From: an uncultured bacterium
GTDB taxonomy: Bacteria; Fermentibacterota; Fermentibacteria; Fermentibacterales; Fermentibacteraceae
Assembly (NCBI GenBank): GCA_964569245.1
Contig: CAZMTK010000005.1
Span: 4,231-68,230, forward strand
DNA: 64,000 nt
Reading direction: 5' to 3'
Position 1 is the first letter of the stretch, and each line of letters begins with the position of its first letter. The position numbers and the translations under genes were made by a program. The notes under the pieces were generated by a model. The model was not told the origin of the DNA and ran no database searches. It saw nothing but the letters and a program-made list of their open reading frames with translations. This document shows positions 39,489-49,185 of this stretch, piece after piece.

Positions 39489-41000
39489 TCAGGGAGAATG
39501 CCCCGGATCCACCTGCACGCGCACTTCTCTCACTGTCGGGGTGAGAGACGGATCGGTCGAGGAGAGTTCCAGCCTGTACTGAAGGAAGGCGCACCCCCGG
39601 GAGAGCAGCTCGTCGAGGGTCATTCGGCCGTCGGCGACCTCGGTCCATTCGCCCATCTGAAGTCTGCTGGGCGCCACCCTGACGAAGAGGTGCGCCGAGG
39701 TGCCGACGGGGATCGAGGCATCCCATTCTATCGAGCCGTGCCCGGGATCCGGACCGATGTACAGGATCGCGGAGGTCAGGCCTCCCGACCTCGCCCGGTC
39801 GAGAACCTCCCACCACGCCACAGAGCAGGACTCCATGGAACCCGTAACGAGCTCGGGCATGCCGTCTCCGTCGATGTCGCCGGCATCTATCGAGGAGAGG
39901 CCGGGCATCGCCCCTGCAGCGCGCGGCGCGAACTCTCCGTCTCCGAGGTTCTCCCACCAGGCCAGCTCGCCCGCCGCGTTTGAAACCGCCGCGAGATCGG
40001 TATCTCCGTCGCCGTCGAGATCGCAGGAGACGATCTCCTCGGGAGCCGTCAGACCTCGTCCGGCGACAGATACGGTCCACGACCGGCCCCTTCTGACGCA
40101 GGCGAGCACCTCGTCGTCCTGCGACGAGGCAGCAGCGGCGTCAAGCGTACCGTCACCGTCCAGATCGGTGAAGACTGCGCAGATAGGGCAGCGGCTCTCC
40201 GCGACGGGGATCCGCCGCCAGGAGCCTGAGTCCTGTTCGAAGAGCGCGATTGACGATTCGCTGCTCGAAGCGGCAAGCATGTCGGCATCGCTGTCAGCAT
40301 CGCAATCGGCGGCGTCCACGGACCACGGGCTTCCGAATCCCGACGATACCCTGTGCAGGGGCCAGTCCACCCCGGCGGTCCCGGGGTTCTCCAGCCAGAC
40401 GATCTCGCCTTCTTCGCAGAGTCCTGTCGCGATGTCGGCATCGCCGTCTCCGTCCATGTCGAAGGAAGCGAGCGCTCGCGCGCCCGCCGCCGCCTCCTGG
40501 AGCGGTGCCGCGAGCCACAGGTCGGAGCCCTGGTCGATGTACAGCGTCAGGGGCGACAGCCCGTTCGAGGACGCAGCAGCATCCAGGTCGCCGTCTCCTT
40601 CGATGTCGAAGAGGGCGATACGATCATGACCGGAGCCCGGGGAGGGAAGCACGGAGTGGATCACGAAACTCCGACCGTCGCCCGGATTCTCGTACCAAGA
40701 GATCCGGCCGCCGTACTCCAGGGCTGCGATGTCATCGTCGCCGTCTCCGTCGATGTCTCCGCACGCGACGTCCGCAACCCCGCTTCCCATGCCGCCCATG
40801 GACATGCAGCTGCCCAGGCGGTCCAGCGTCAGGGTTCCGGGGCTGGACTGCCAGTCTATCCCGAAGCTGCTCTGGAATCCTCCTGCCCACTCGCGAACAG
40901 GCCCTGACACTCCGGTCGAGTCCCACGACGTCTGCACGAAGTCGAGCGCCTGGACAGACATCGCGCACACAACCGGGACGAGCAGCGGAATGCGCCTCAT
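39489..41000 (-). CDS. FG-GAP/VCBS-repeat beta-propeller secreted protein
   Basis: Signal peptide MRRIPLLVPVVCAMSVQA; at least seven D-x-D-G-D-G-x-x-D repeats (DIDGDGDDDI, FDIEGDGDLD, FDMDGDGDAD, ...). Confidence 0.7.
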   Translation of the reverse strand: MRRIPLLVPVVCAMSVQALDFVQTSWDSTGVSGPVREWAGGFQSSFGIDWQSSPGTLTLDRLGSCMSMGGMGSGVADVACGDIDGDGDDDIAALEYGGRISWYENPGDGRSFVIHSVLPSPGSGHDRIALFDIEGDGDLDAAASSNGLSPLTLYIDQGSDLWLAAPLQEAAAGARALASFDMDGDGDADIATGLCEEGEIVWLENPGTAGVDWPLHRVSSGFGSPWSVDAADCDADSDADMLAASSSESSIALFEQDSGSWRRIPVAESRCPICAVFTDLDGDGTLDAAAASSQDDEVLACVRRGRSWTVSVAGRGLTAPEEIVSCDLDGDGDTDLAAVSNAAGELAWWENLGDGEFAPRAAGAMPGLSSIDAGDIDGDGMPELVTGSMESCSVAWWEVLDRARSGGLTSAILYIGPDPGHGSIEWDASIPVGTSAHLFVRVAPSRLQMGEWTEVADGRMTLDELLSRGCAFLQYRLELSSTDPSLTPTVREVRVQVDPGHSP

Positions 41001-41041
41001 GAAGCGAGCTGTCTCTGCGGATTCGCAGGGGCGCGTCGGCA

Positions 41042-42025
41042 TCATGGAGCCACGCGGGGCATGCCCCTCGTCCTTCTCGCAACGACGGTGAAGAGCGGCA
41101 GCTTCCTCCCCCGGAAGAGCTGCCTGTGGAAAGACAGCCGTGTGTCCTCGAACCCGAGGACGCCCAGGAATTCCTCCACTATCTCGGGGTACAGCCTCCA
41201 CCAGGTGTCGGTTGGGGAGCAGGTCCTGAAGTCGGGCGAGAAGTGCATCGCGGTCCTCCCGAGACGGGCGGGCAGCAGCCTCGCAGCGCCAAGCCGGTGA
41301 AGCAGATACGATCGGGGCAGCATGTCGGTGACGATGGCCGTTCCTCTCGTGAGAGCAAGCCCCCGCTGCAGAGCCAGGAACGGGTCGCGCAGATGCAGAA
41401 GGATGCTCCCGAAGACGCAGATGTCGAAGCTCCCCAGCGATGGGGGGATGTCGTATGCCGTGCCGTGCGCGAGCCTGGCCCGTGATTTCAGAAGCCTGTG
41501 GGCCAGCCAGAAGGCGTTGTTAGTCCTGTCTATCTGTTCGCGCCTCTGACTCTCCTCGATCGAGGAGTCGCGCCCCGCGAAGGGAACCGTGTCCCAGTCC
41601 TGCGACGGAGACAGGTCGTACCCCGTCACATCCGCTCCGCGGCTCTCCATGTGGAATGCGAGGAAACCGTTCGCGGTGCCGATGTCGAGAACCTTCAGGC
41701 CCGCGAACTCCACGCGACCCAGATAGTCCTCGACGCCCGGCCTGAGATCCCACTGCCCTTCCACGGTGCCGAACGAGGGAAGGTCGATGGTATGGTAGAA
41801 GAAGCATTCCTGGAGGCTCTCCACGTGCCTCGGCTCGGCAATTCCCTCGTAGCTCAAACCGGACCTCCATGCGTGTACCGTCGGCACGAAGCACCATGAA
41901 CATTGTTCGCAAGGGCCCCCGGGGAAAGCGGCGCCCCCCCGCCGGACGGCCGGGCGGCTCCAGCCTTCGCCCGGCTTCCACAGCCTTTCATCGGCCTCCA
42001 GCATGCCGAGGAGGATCTTTCGCAT
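41042..42025 (-). CDS. Class I SAM-dependent methyltransferase
   Basis: 'VLDIGTANGFLAFHME' motif I and 'DICVFGSILLHL' post-I region; start uncertain. Confidence 0.55.
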   Translation of the reverse strand: MRKILLGMLEADERLWKPGEGWSRPAVRRGGAAFPGGPCEQCSWCFVPTVHAWRSGLSYEGIAEPRHVESLQECFFYHTIDLPSFGTVEGQWDLRPGVEDYLGRVEFAGLKVLDIGTANGFLAFHMESRGADVTGYDLSPSQDWDTVPFAGRDSSIEESQRREQIDRTNNAFWLAHRLLKSRARLAHGTAYDIPPSLGSFDICVFGSILLHLRDPFLALQRGLALTRGTAIVTDMLPRSYLLHRLGAARLLPARLGRTAMHFSPDFRTCSPTDTWWRLYPEIVEEFLGVLGFEDTRLSFHRQLFRGRKLPLFTVVARRTRGMPRVAP

Positions 42026-42215
42026 CCTCCGGCATACACGGGCACGTCAGGCAGCCGTCGGGGCCGACGCAACCCCGGTCTGCCCTCGAGAGCGCAGCGA
42101 GAATCGCGAGGAGAGCCGGACAGAGCACCCCCGCCTCATCGCAGACTCCCACGCTCAACCAGGACGGGGGCGGCTCGCGCCGCCCCCGTCAGATCCCCTC
42201 CAGGGCTGTCGCACG

Positions 42216-44459
42216 CTACCTGGAAATCACCAGCCGTCCAGTCTGCACCTCCCGGCCGGACACCAGCCGCATGAAGTAGACGCCGGGCTGCAGAGCAGCG
42301 CCGGATGCGGTTGTCGCATCCCACCAGAACTCGTGCTCGCCAGGGGCCTGCGCTCCACGGCAGATCTCTGCGACCAGCCTTCCCTGCAGATCGTACACGG
42401 AAATGCTGACAGGGTCGCTCCCGTTCACGGTGTAGTGGATCGTTGCGCCTTCCGCAACCGGGTTCGGAGTCACATAGAGGCCGGCATGCTCAACCGGTGC
42501 GATGCCGTCTTCGATCCCCACAGCGAGCGACCAGCGGTAGGCAGCCGCTCCGTCGGTGCCAGCGAACAGGTACATCGAAGGGTTCAGGGCGAGCTTGTTG
42601 ACTGTCATGTCGCCCAGCCCGGCGTTCATGGCAGACCATGTCGTGCCGCCGTCGAGGCTCTGGTAAACGCCCTGGCTGGCGGTGCCCACCCAGACGCGGT
42701 TGGGATTTGCTGGATCCACCAGCACGTCGTTGGAGGAGGAGATGGTGGAGGAGACCTTGGTCCAGGAGGCGCCGAAGTCGGTTGATCTGTAGATTCCGCT
42801 GCCGGTGGCCGCGAAGATGACGGATGGGTTTGCCGGGCTCACGGCCAGGTCGTACACGTAGTTCGTGATCGTCGTGGTCGTGAGCTTGGACCAGCTCGCC
42901 CCGCCGTCCATCGTCCTGTAGATCGCGCTGCCGGAGCTCTCGTAGCCCCCGGCATAGACAGTATCGGGGTGGGACGGGTCGAGGGCCATGCAGCGGAGAT
43001 ACGCGTTCGAGCCGCTTATCGTGCTGTGGGTCCATGTGAGGCCGCCGTTGGTCGACTTGCCCACGGCCATGTAGTAGGCGGAGCTGGAATAGAGATAGCC
43101 GCCGTTCCAGTAGATGTTCGGGTTGGTGGGATCGGAGATCAGAGCCTGTCCATCGCTGTAGTACGTGTCTGCCAGTGTCCAGACGGAACCTCCGTCTGTG
43201 CTCCTGTAGAGCTCTGCGTCGCCTCAACCACCGCCCTCGAGGGCGAGAACCGTGTTCGCATCGGCGGGGCTCACGACAATCCCGCAGAAGTCGCCGCATG
43301 ACAGCGGCGTCGTGAGATGCGTCCAGGAGCTGCCGTTGTTAGTGGTCAGCCAGACTCCGAGTCCGTAGATCTGCATGTAGATCTTCGACGGCTGGGTAGG
43401 CGCCACGCCCAGGGCGTAGATCTTGCCGAGGTAGAGCCCCGTGTTGCTCGCGGTCCAGCTCGTGCCCGTGCTGGTGCTGCGGTAGAATCCTGTGGCGCAG
43501 CTCGCATAGGCCTTCGTGGAGTTGGACCAGTCGGAGACCACTGTCTGGATGGTCTGGCTGGGCAGGCCTGTGGAATAGCTGGTCCAGGTCAGCCCGGCGT
43601 TAGTGCTGCGGTAGATGCTGCCGTAGCCGCCCGCGAAGACCAGGTTAGGATCCGAGGCGGAGAACCTCATGCCGTAGTTGTAGTACTGGTAGTTCGTAAC
43701 CTTCGACCAGCTGTTTCCGCCGTCGGTGGACCTGTAGACGTTGTAGTAGCTTGCGAACAGGACCAGGTTCTGGTCCACAGGGCTCACGGCGACCGAATAG
43801 GAGTAGTACTCCCCTGCCGAAGCGGCCGGGGTCACGTCGGTCCACGAGGCGCCCCCGTCGGTGGACCTGTACACGACAGGGTTGTAAGTGCTGCCGGTGT
43901 AGACGTAGCCGGACAAGAACATCAGCGAGGGGTTCTGCTGGCTGACGGAGATGGCCTGTCCGTACGAGTTTGCCGGCCCCACGTAGGTGTACGTCCACGA
44001 GGAGCCGCCGTTGGTGCTCTTCATGAAGCAGAGCTGCCAGGCCGTTCCGTTGTACTTGTACCCTGCGCCGTAAACGGTGGTCGGAGTGACGGGGTCCACA
44101 GCGACACCGTACCAGTACACATTGGACGTGCTGACGACCGTCCAGGTCGTCCCGCTGTTCGTCGAGTACATGAATGCGTGGCCGCCGCCTGCATAGATGG
44201 TGCCGTTCGAGGCCATCGCCACGCAGTACTCCTGGTTGTTGAAGGATCCCGCCTGGCTCCAGCTCGTTCCTCCATCGGTGGACTTGTAGACTTTCGTGGA
44301 GTAGCTGTCCGAGAAGCCGAATAGAGTGTTCGCATCGACAGGCGACTGAACCACATGCCGCAGATCGCCGCCTTCGGGGCCCAGGCACTCCCAGTCTGCT
44401 AGACAAAGACGAAGCGGGGTCAACACCAGAAGAGCAATCAGGAGTTTCAATTTCGTCAT
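42216..44459 (-). pseudogene. BNR/Asp-box repeat T9SS cargo gene interrupted by one in-frame TGA (43226..43224)
   Basis: ORFs 43224..44459 (signal peptide plus S-x-D-G-G-x-[ST]-W repeats) and 42216..43070 (more repeats plus T9SS CTD '...GVYFMRLVSGREVQTGRLVISR') share a frame; the 153 nt between them translates as uninterrupted BNR-like sequence except for the single TGA. Confidence 0.7.
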
Positions 44460-44495
44460 ATCGACCTCCCCGGTTGCAGAACTGTCGCAACAACA

Positions 44496-44525
44496 TGATG
44501 CGATTGATCTTGTTCATTATACGAT
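44496..44525 (-). promoter_or_regulatory. Putative sigma70-like promoter (TTGCGC-18nt-TATAAT) upstream of the BNR gene
   Basis: The minus strand reads TTGCGC, 18 nt, then a perfect TATAAT about 60 nt upstream of ATG 44459; the region is locally AT-rich. Confidence 0.3.
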
Positions 44526-44622
44526 GACGGGATGGCAATGCGCAATTCTCGACAAGCCCTGTCAAGATGCAGCAGCCGGCAGGTCTGCCGCCAGCGGAGC
44601 TCAGGCGGCGGAGTGGGTTCCA

Positions 44623-44958
44623 TCAGCCCCTGATGGAACTGCCGGCGCCGGACAGGTTCAGCCCCAGCGTTCCTGCCACGATCATGCAGATGGATAGGAC
44701 TCTGAGCGCGGAACAGCCTTCGCGCAACCAGAGGATGCCCACGAGTGCCACGCAGAGAGTGCCCAGTCCCGACCAGGCCGCATAGGCGACGCTCACGTCG
44801 ATGCGCTTCAGAGCCATGGTGAGGAAGAAGAAGCCGGGAAGATAGAACACCGGTATCAGCACCGAGGGCAGGACATTCCGGAAGCCATGGGAGAGCTTCA
44901 TGCAGATGGTGCCGGCATTCTCGAACAGTATCGCGAACACGAGGAACAGCCAGTGCAT
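44623..44958 (-). CDS. SMR-family small multidrug-resistance efflux protein
   Basis: 111 aa, four TM segments, 'ILFENAGTICMKLS' with the conserved Glu; alignable with EmrE. Confidence 0.8.
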   Translation of the reverse strand: MHWLFLVFAILFENAGTICMKLSHGFRNVLPSVLIPVFYLPGFFFLTMALKRIDVSVAYAAWSGLGTLCVALVGILWLREGCSALRVLSICMIVAGTLGLNLSGAGSSIRG

Positions 44959-45253
44959 GGACAGCCGCCTTTCCGGGTGCCGGGGGTGCTCAGACTCCGG
45001 TGTGAGAACCTGGCCGGATCGCTTCTGCCCCGGCTTGCCTGGATTCTTCACAAGCCTCGACAATGTCTCGAGCACTGCAGCCCGCACATCGGTGCCTGCC
45101 AGGCTGAGCATGGAGAAGGAATCTCTCGAGCCTCCCGTCAGGAAGAGCAGTCCAATCCCCGAGCCGGTCGAGGTTCAGCCGTCCGGGGAGCTCCAGCCGG
45201 ATACCTGAAGGCTGCGCACTCCATTATCTTCGAAATGCACGTGAGGAGGGAGT

Positions 45254-45835
45254 ATGAAGGTCGTGGCTTTCAACGGCAGCCCGAGACCTGACGGCAACAC
45301 CGCCGCACTCCTTGGAGTGGTGCTCCAGGAGCTCTCGGGCTCTGGCATCGAGACGGAGATGGTCCAGCTCGGAGGGAACCTCGTGTCAGGCTGCCGCGCC
45401 TGCAGGAAGTGCGCAGAGAGCCGCGACGGGCGGTGTGCCGTGACCGGCGACATCGTAAACGACTGCATAGCGAAAATGCACAGGGCCGACGGGATCCTCA
45501 TAGGCTCTCCGACCTACTTCGCAAACGTCACGGCAGAGACCAAGGCGCTCATCGACAGGGCGGGCCTCGTAGCTCTGTCGAACGGCCGGATGCTGAGGCG
45601 GAAGGTCGGAGCAGCCGTGGTCGCGGTGCGGAGGGCCGGCGCCACGCGCGTTTTCAACTCGATCAACCACTTCTTCCTCATCAACGAGATGATCGTTCCC
45701 GGCTCCATCTACTGGAACCTCGGAACGGGCTCCAGGGCGGGCGAGGCCCTCGAGGACGAGGAAGGCGTCAGGACGATGCGAGCGCTGGGGGCGAACATGG
45801 CATGGCTTCTCTCGAGAATCGGAGGGACCGGGTGA
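45254..45835 (+). CDS. Iron-sulfur flavoprotein / NADPH-dependent FMN reductase family
   Basis: '[16 protein letters not shown]' flavodoxin-like start, 'CRACRKC...C' cysteine cluster, 'IGSPTYF'. Confidence 0.75.
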   Translation: MKVVAFNGSPRPDGNTAALLGVVLQELSGSGIETEMVQLGGNLVSGCRACRKCAESRDGRCAVTGDIVNDCIAKMHRADGILIGSPTYFANVTAETKALIDRAGLVALSNGRMLRRKVGAAVVAVRRAGATRVFNSINHFFLINEMIVPGSIYWNLGTGSRAGEALEDEEGVRTMRALGANMAWLLSRIGGTG

Positions 45836-45837
45836 TC

Positions 45838-46584
45838 ATGCGTCCTGCAGTTGGAATAGGTGCTGTCTCGGTGCTGGTGATGCTCTCCACCCCGGCTCAG
45901 GGCTCGGAGGTGCCTGACGCCGCAGAGATCGAGACGGCTTCCTTCGTCATGGAGGGCGGCGGACAGACCGCATGCATCGAATGGCCCGTGGTCGTCGCCG
46001 GCCCGGATGACGAGGCTGTCGAGAGGATGAACCTCGCGTTGTCGTACGAGGCCCTGAACGGCGAGTCGATCGAGGAGACCATGCAGAACTTCGTCGAGAC
46101 GCAGAGAGGCATCACCGGCGCGAGCTACGTCGTCAATCTCAACGAGCGCGGCATCCTGGACCTCACGATATTCGTGGACTGCGTGGGGGCTTACCCGTCC
46201 ACTTTCACCCACTTCGTCAACCTGGACGCGAGGACGGGCGAGCCTCTCGCTCCCGACGACCTGTTCGACATCGACGCCATGGACGATCTCGCAGGCCTTC
46301 TCGACTCGATGCTCCAGGAGAGGATCGTCGAAGCCCTGGAGGCGTACACGGAGGATTCCGGCCTCGACCAGGGGATCTACGAGGGTCACGAGTTCACGAC
46401 GGACGACCTGCGGAGATTCAGCATCGGCCCCGACGGCGTGACCTTCCACTACGCCTTCGGCTTCCCCCACGCCGCACTCGCGGCAGAGCCCGACGGAGAC
46501 CTGTTCCTGGACTATGACGCTCTGCTGCCCTTCCTGGCCGAGGATTCGCCGCTGACGCCGGACCTGATGATGATCTTGTCCTGA
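45838..46584 (+). CDS. Hypothetical secreted protein
   Basis: Signal peptide MRPAVGIGAVSVLVMLSTPAQG; acidic 248-aa protein; no recognised motif. Confidence 0.5.
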   Translation: MRPAVGIGAVSVLVMLSTPAQGSEVPDAAEIETASFVMEGGGQTACIEWPVVVAGPDDEAVERMNLALSYEALNGESIEETMQNFVETQRGITGASYVVNLNERGILDLTIFVDCVGAYPSTFTHFVNLDARTGEPLAPDDLFDIDAMDDLAGLLDSMLQERIVEALEAYTEDSGLDQGIYEGHEFTTDDLRRFSIGPDGVTFHYAFGFPHAALAAEPDGDLFLDYDALLPFLAEDSPLTPDLMMILS

Positions 46585-47101
46585 ACAGGCCTGTGCCGTA
46601 TCGGCCGGCAGAGGAGTCGTGCAGGCATGCTCTCCATGACGGAGACAGCCCTTCCGGCCAGTCGGAGGACGTCGCCAGGGTCTTCACCGTCGGATCCCGG
46701 CAGGCCAGGACCGCACCGCTCTGCGGGGGCATGGAGCTCCGGCTCCATGACATCCTTTTCTTTCCACTGAAGAGGCGATCCCGGGGCGATGCGTCGAGGT
46801 GCGGGGTCCCCTGCGCGAGAGCGCACCATGAAACGATCCGACCCTGTGCAGCGGCCTTGACCAGGGGCTCTTCGTTTGGGATAGTCCGCGCAACTTCGAG
46901 AAGGGCGTTCATGGAACTTGCTGCGGCTTCGATCCGATCCCGGGTGTCCCAGGGGAAGTTGAAGCGCGGGCACATGCCCGCGAACCCGGGAGGTGCGCCC
47001 GCCGCCTGACCCTTCTCGAGCCGCACCGCCGGAACCGCGGGCATGTGCCGCTCCCGCGGTTTTCTTATTCCGACCATCCTCTTACAGAACGGTGGTGCTA
47101 A

Positions 47102-48391
47102 ATGAGCAGGCAGTGGATGCCGCCGAGGGCGGCGCTCGAGGAAATGGCCGAGAGATTCGGAACCCCGCTGCACATCTACGACGGGCCTGGAATGGCGGAG
47201 AACGCGTTGCGCTTCCTCGACGCGTTCTCCTGGAACGATGGCTTCAGGCAGTTCTTCGCCGTGAAGGCCACCCCCACCCCCGCGATCCTGGAGCTTCTCC
47301 ACGGGCTGGGAATGGGCATGGACTGCAGCTCGCTTGCCGAGCTCGAGCTCTGCCGGAGGATCGGAATCCCCGGGTCCGACATCATGTTCACCTCGAACGA
47401 CACTTCGGCAGCGGAGTATCGCATGGCCGCGGGGATGGGCGCGATCATCAACCTCGATGACGCGGGCCACATAGACTTCCTCCGCGAGGCGGCAGGGCTG
47501 CCTCCGCTCCTGTGCCTCAGATTCAATCCCGGCGATCCCGACACGGGCAACTCGATCATCGGTCATCCGAGGGAGGCCAAGTTCGGGATGCCGTGCGACC
47601 AGCTTCTGGACGCATGTCGAATGCTCGCCGGACTCGGTGTGGAGAGGTTCGGCCTCCACACCATGATCGTCTCGAACGAGCTCGACACCGAGACCTTCTC
47701 GACGGTGGCCGGGATGATGTTCTCCCTGGCTGTCAGGATGCGCGACGAGACTGGTGTCCAGGTCGAATTCGTGAACCTCGGAGGAGGCCTGGGCATCCCC
47801 TACCGGCCTGGTCAGCGGGCGATCGACGTCGAATCGCTTTCGTCCAGCATCGGGGCGCTTCACGATCGCATCCTGGGCTCAGCCGGCATGGGCGGTGTGA
47901 AGGTGTGCACGGAGTGCGGGAGGTACGTGACGGGGCCCTACGGCTGCCTTCTCGCGAGGGTGCTGCACGTCAAGAGGACATGGAAGAACTTCGTGGGCCT
48001 GGACGCGAGCATGGCGGATCTGATGAGACCGGGGATGTACGGTGCATATCATCACATCAGCGTCGTCGGAAGAGAGGACGAGCCGGCGGACTTCCTTTGC
48101 GACGTCACCGGATCGCTGTGCGAGAACAACGACAAGTTCGCAGTGGACAGGCTTCTCCCCGGAGTCGAGCCGGGCGACCTGGTCGTCATCCACGACACCG
48201 GCGCCCACGGCCATGCGATGGGCTTCAACTACAACGGCAAGCTGAGGTCTGCCGAGGTGATGATAAGGCCGGACGGCGTTCCCGAGCTCATCAGGAGGGC
48301 GGAGACGCTGGAGGACTACTTCGCCACTGCCGTCTTCCACGGCTGTTGCGGCGACTCCTCTCGGACACCGGCGGATGAAGCGGCATATTAG
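47102..48391 (+). CDS. lysA: PLP-dependent fold-III decarboxylase (diaminopimelate decarboxylase family)
   Basis: 'FFAVKATPTPAIL...GMGMDCSSLAELE' PLP-binding Lys region and 'GSLCENNDKFA...HDTGAHGHAMGFNYNG' C-terminal motifs. Confidence 0.7.
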   Translation: MSRQWMPPRAALEEMAERFGTPLHIYDGPGMAENALRFLDAFSWNDGFRQFFAVKATPTPAILELLHGLGMGMDCSSLAELELCRRIGIPGSDIMFTSNDTSAAEYRMAAGMGAIINLDDAGHIDFLREAAGLPPLLCLRFNPGDPDTGNSIIGHPREAKFGMPCDQLLDACRMLAGLGVERFGLHTMIVSNELDTETFSTVAGMMFSLAVRMRDETGVQVEFVNLGGGLGIPYRPGQRAIDVESLSSSIGALHDRILGSAGMGGVKVCTECGRYVTGPYGCLLARVLHVKRTWKNFVGLDASMADLMRPGMYGAYHHISVVGREDEPADFLCDVTGSLCENNDKFAVDRLLPGVEPGDLVVIHDTGAHGHAMGFNYNGKLRSAEVMIRPDGVPELIRRAETLEDYFATAVFHGCCGDSSRTPADEAAY

Positions 48392-48446
48392 CCGTGTCCG
48401 GTTGTCCGGCACGAGAGTCCGTTCCATCCGCGGCCCTACCGGGAGG

Positions 48447-48554
48447 ATGACTGTGGCCTGCTCGATCATGGAGCTGCTGCTGCCCCTGTTCCTCGCCTCT
48501 CTCCCGGCTTCGCTGCTCGTACTCGCAGCGGTGACGGTCCTGGTCCTGGGGTGA
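48447..48554 (+). CDS. Possible 35-aa hydrophobic micropeptide
   Basis: ATG preceded by GGGAGG; encodes MTVACSIMELLLPLFLASLPASLLVLAAVTVLVLG, almost entirely one TM helix; below the ORF-track size cutoff. Confidence 0.25.
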   Translation: MTVACSIMELLLPLFLASLPASLLVLAAVTVLVLG

Positions 48555-48588
48555 TCCCTGCACACGCTCCATCAGAAGGAGCTCGGAT

Positions 48589-49185
48589 ATGCTTGCACTG
48601 TGCCTCGTGCTGCTGGGATCGACAGCCGGAGTGGACACCCTGCACTGCACGGTCGAGGAGAACTGCCCCGCCGACAGCGAGGAGTTCGCAGCGCTGTTCG
48701 GAGCAGGATGCAGCCTCCGCTGCGCGATAGACTGGGCGGTCACCGCCTCGTCGGAGCTGGAGACGCAGGCCGGAAGCTCATATTCCGCCTCGAACGTAGA
48801 TGACATCGACCCTGCTACCGCATGGGTGGAGGGCGCTGAGGGAACCGGACAGGGCGAATTCCTGGAGATCGAGTTCTTCGGCGCCCCTGACGGTGAGACT
48901 TACGCCTTCAGGGCACTGACCATCCAGAACGGATACGCGAAATCGGAGGACGTCTGGTCGGCTGACGGGCGGATCAGGCTTCTCGAGCTTGCGCTGAACG
49001 GAGCTCCCTGCTTCGTGCTGGAGCTCGAGGACACGCTAGTTCCGCAGTCGGCGAGCTGGGCGGGCACGCACGACATCCCGGTGGGCAACGGAGACATCGT
49101 CACGCTGACCATAATCGACGCATACGAAGGCGACGCGCGGGAAGACACCGCCGTCTCGGGCCTGATGCTCCAGGGGGCGCACTAG
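48589..49185 (+). CDS. Hypothetical secreted/lipoprotein, beta-sandwich (F5/8-type-C-like?)
   Basis: Signal peptide MLALCLVLLGSTAG; 198 aa; acidic. Confidence 0.45.
   Translation: MLALCLVLLGSTAGVDTLHCTVEENCPADSEEFAALFGAGCSLRCAIDWAVTASSELETQAGSSYSASNVDDIDPATAWVEGAEGTGQGEFLEIEFFGAPDGETYAFRALTIQNGYAKSEDVWSADGRIRLLELALNGAPCFVLELEDTLVPQSASWAGTHDIPVGNGDIVTLTIIDAYEGDAREDTAVSGLMLQGAH

Noticed and set aside
44461-44560. Distal TTGACA 38 nt upstream of TATAAT as the -35 element
   Set aside because: The spacing is too long for a sigma70-type promoter. The TTGCGC at 18-nt spacing was kept as the more plausible -35, still at low confidence.
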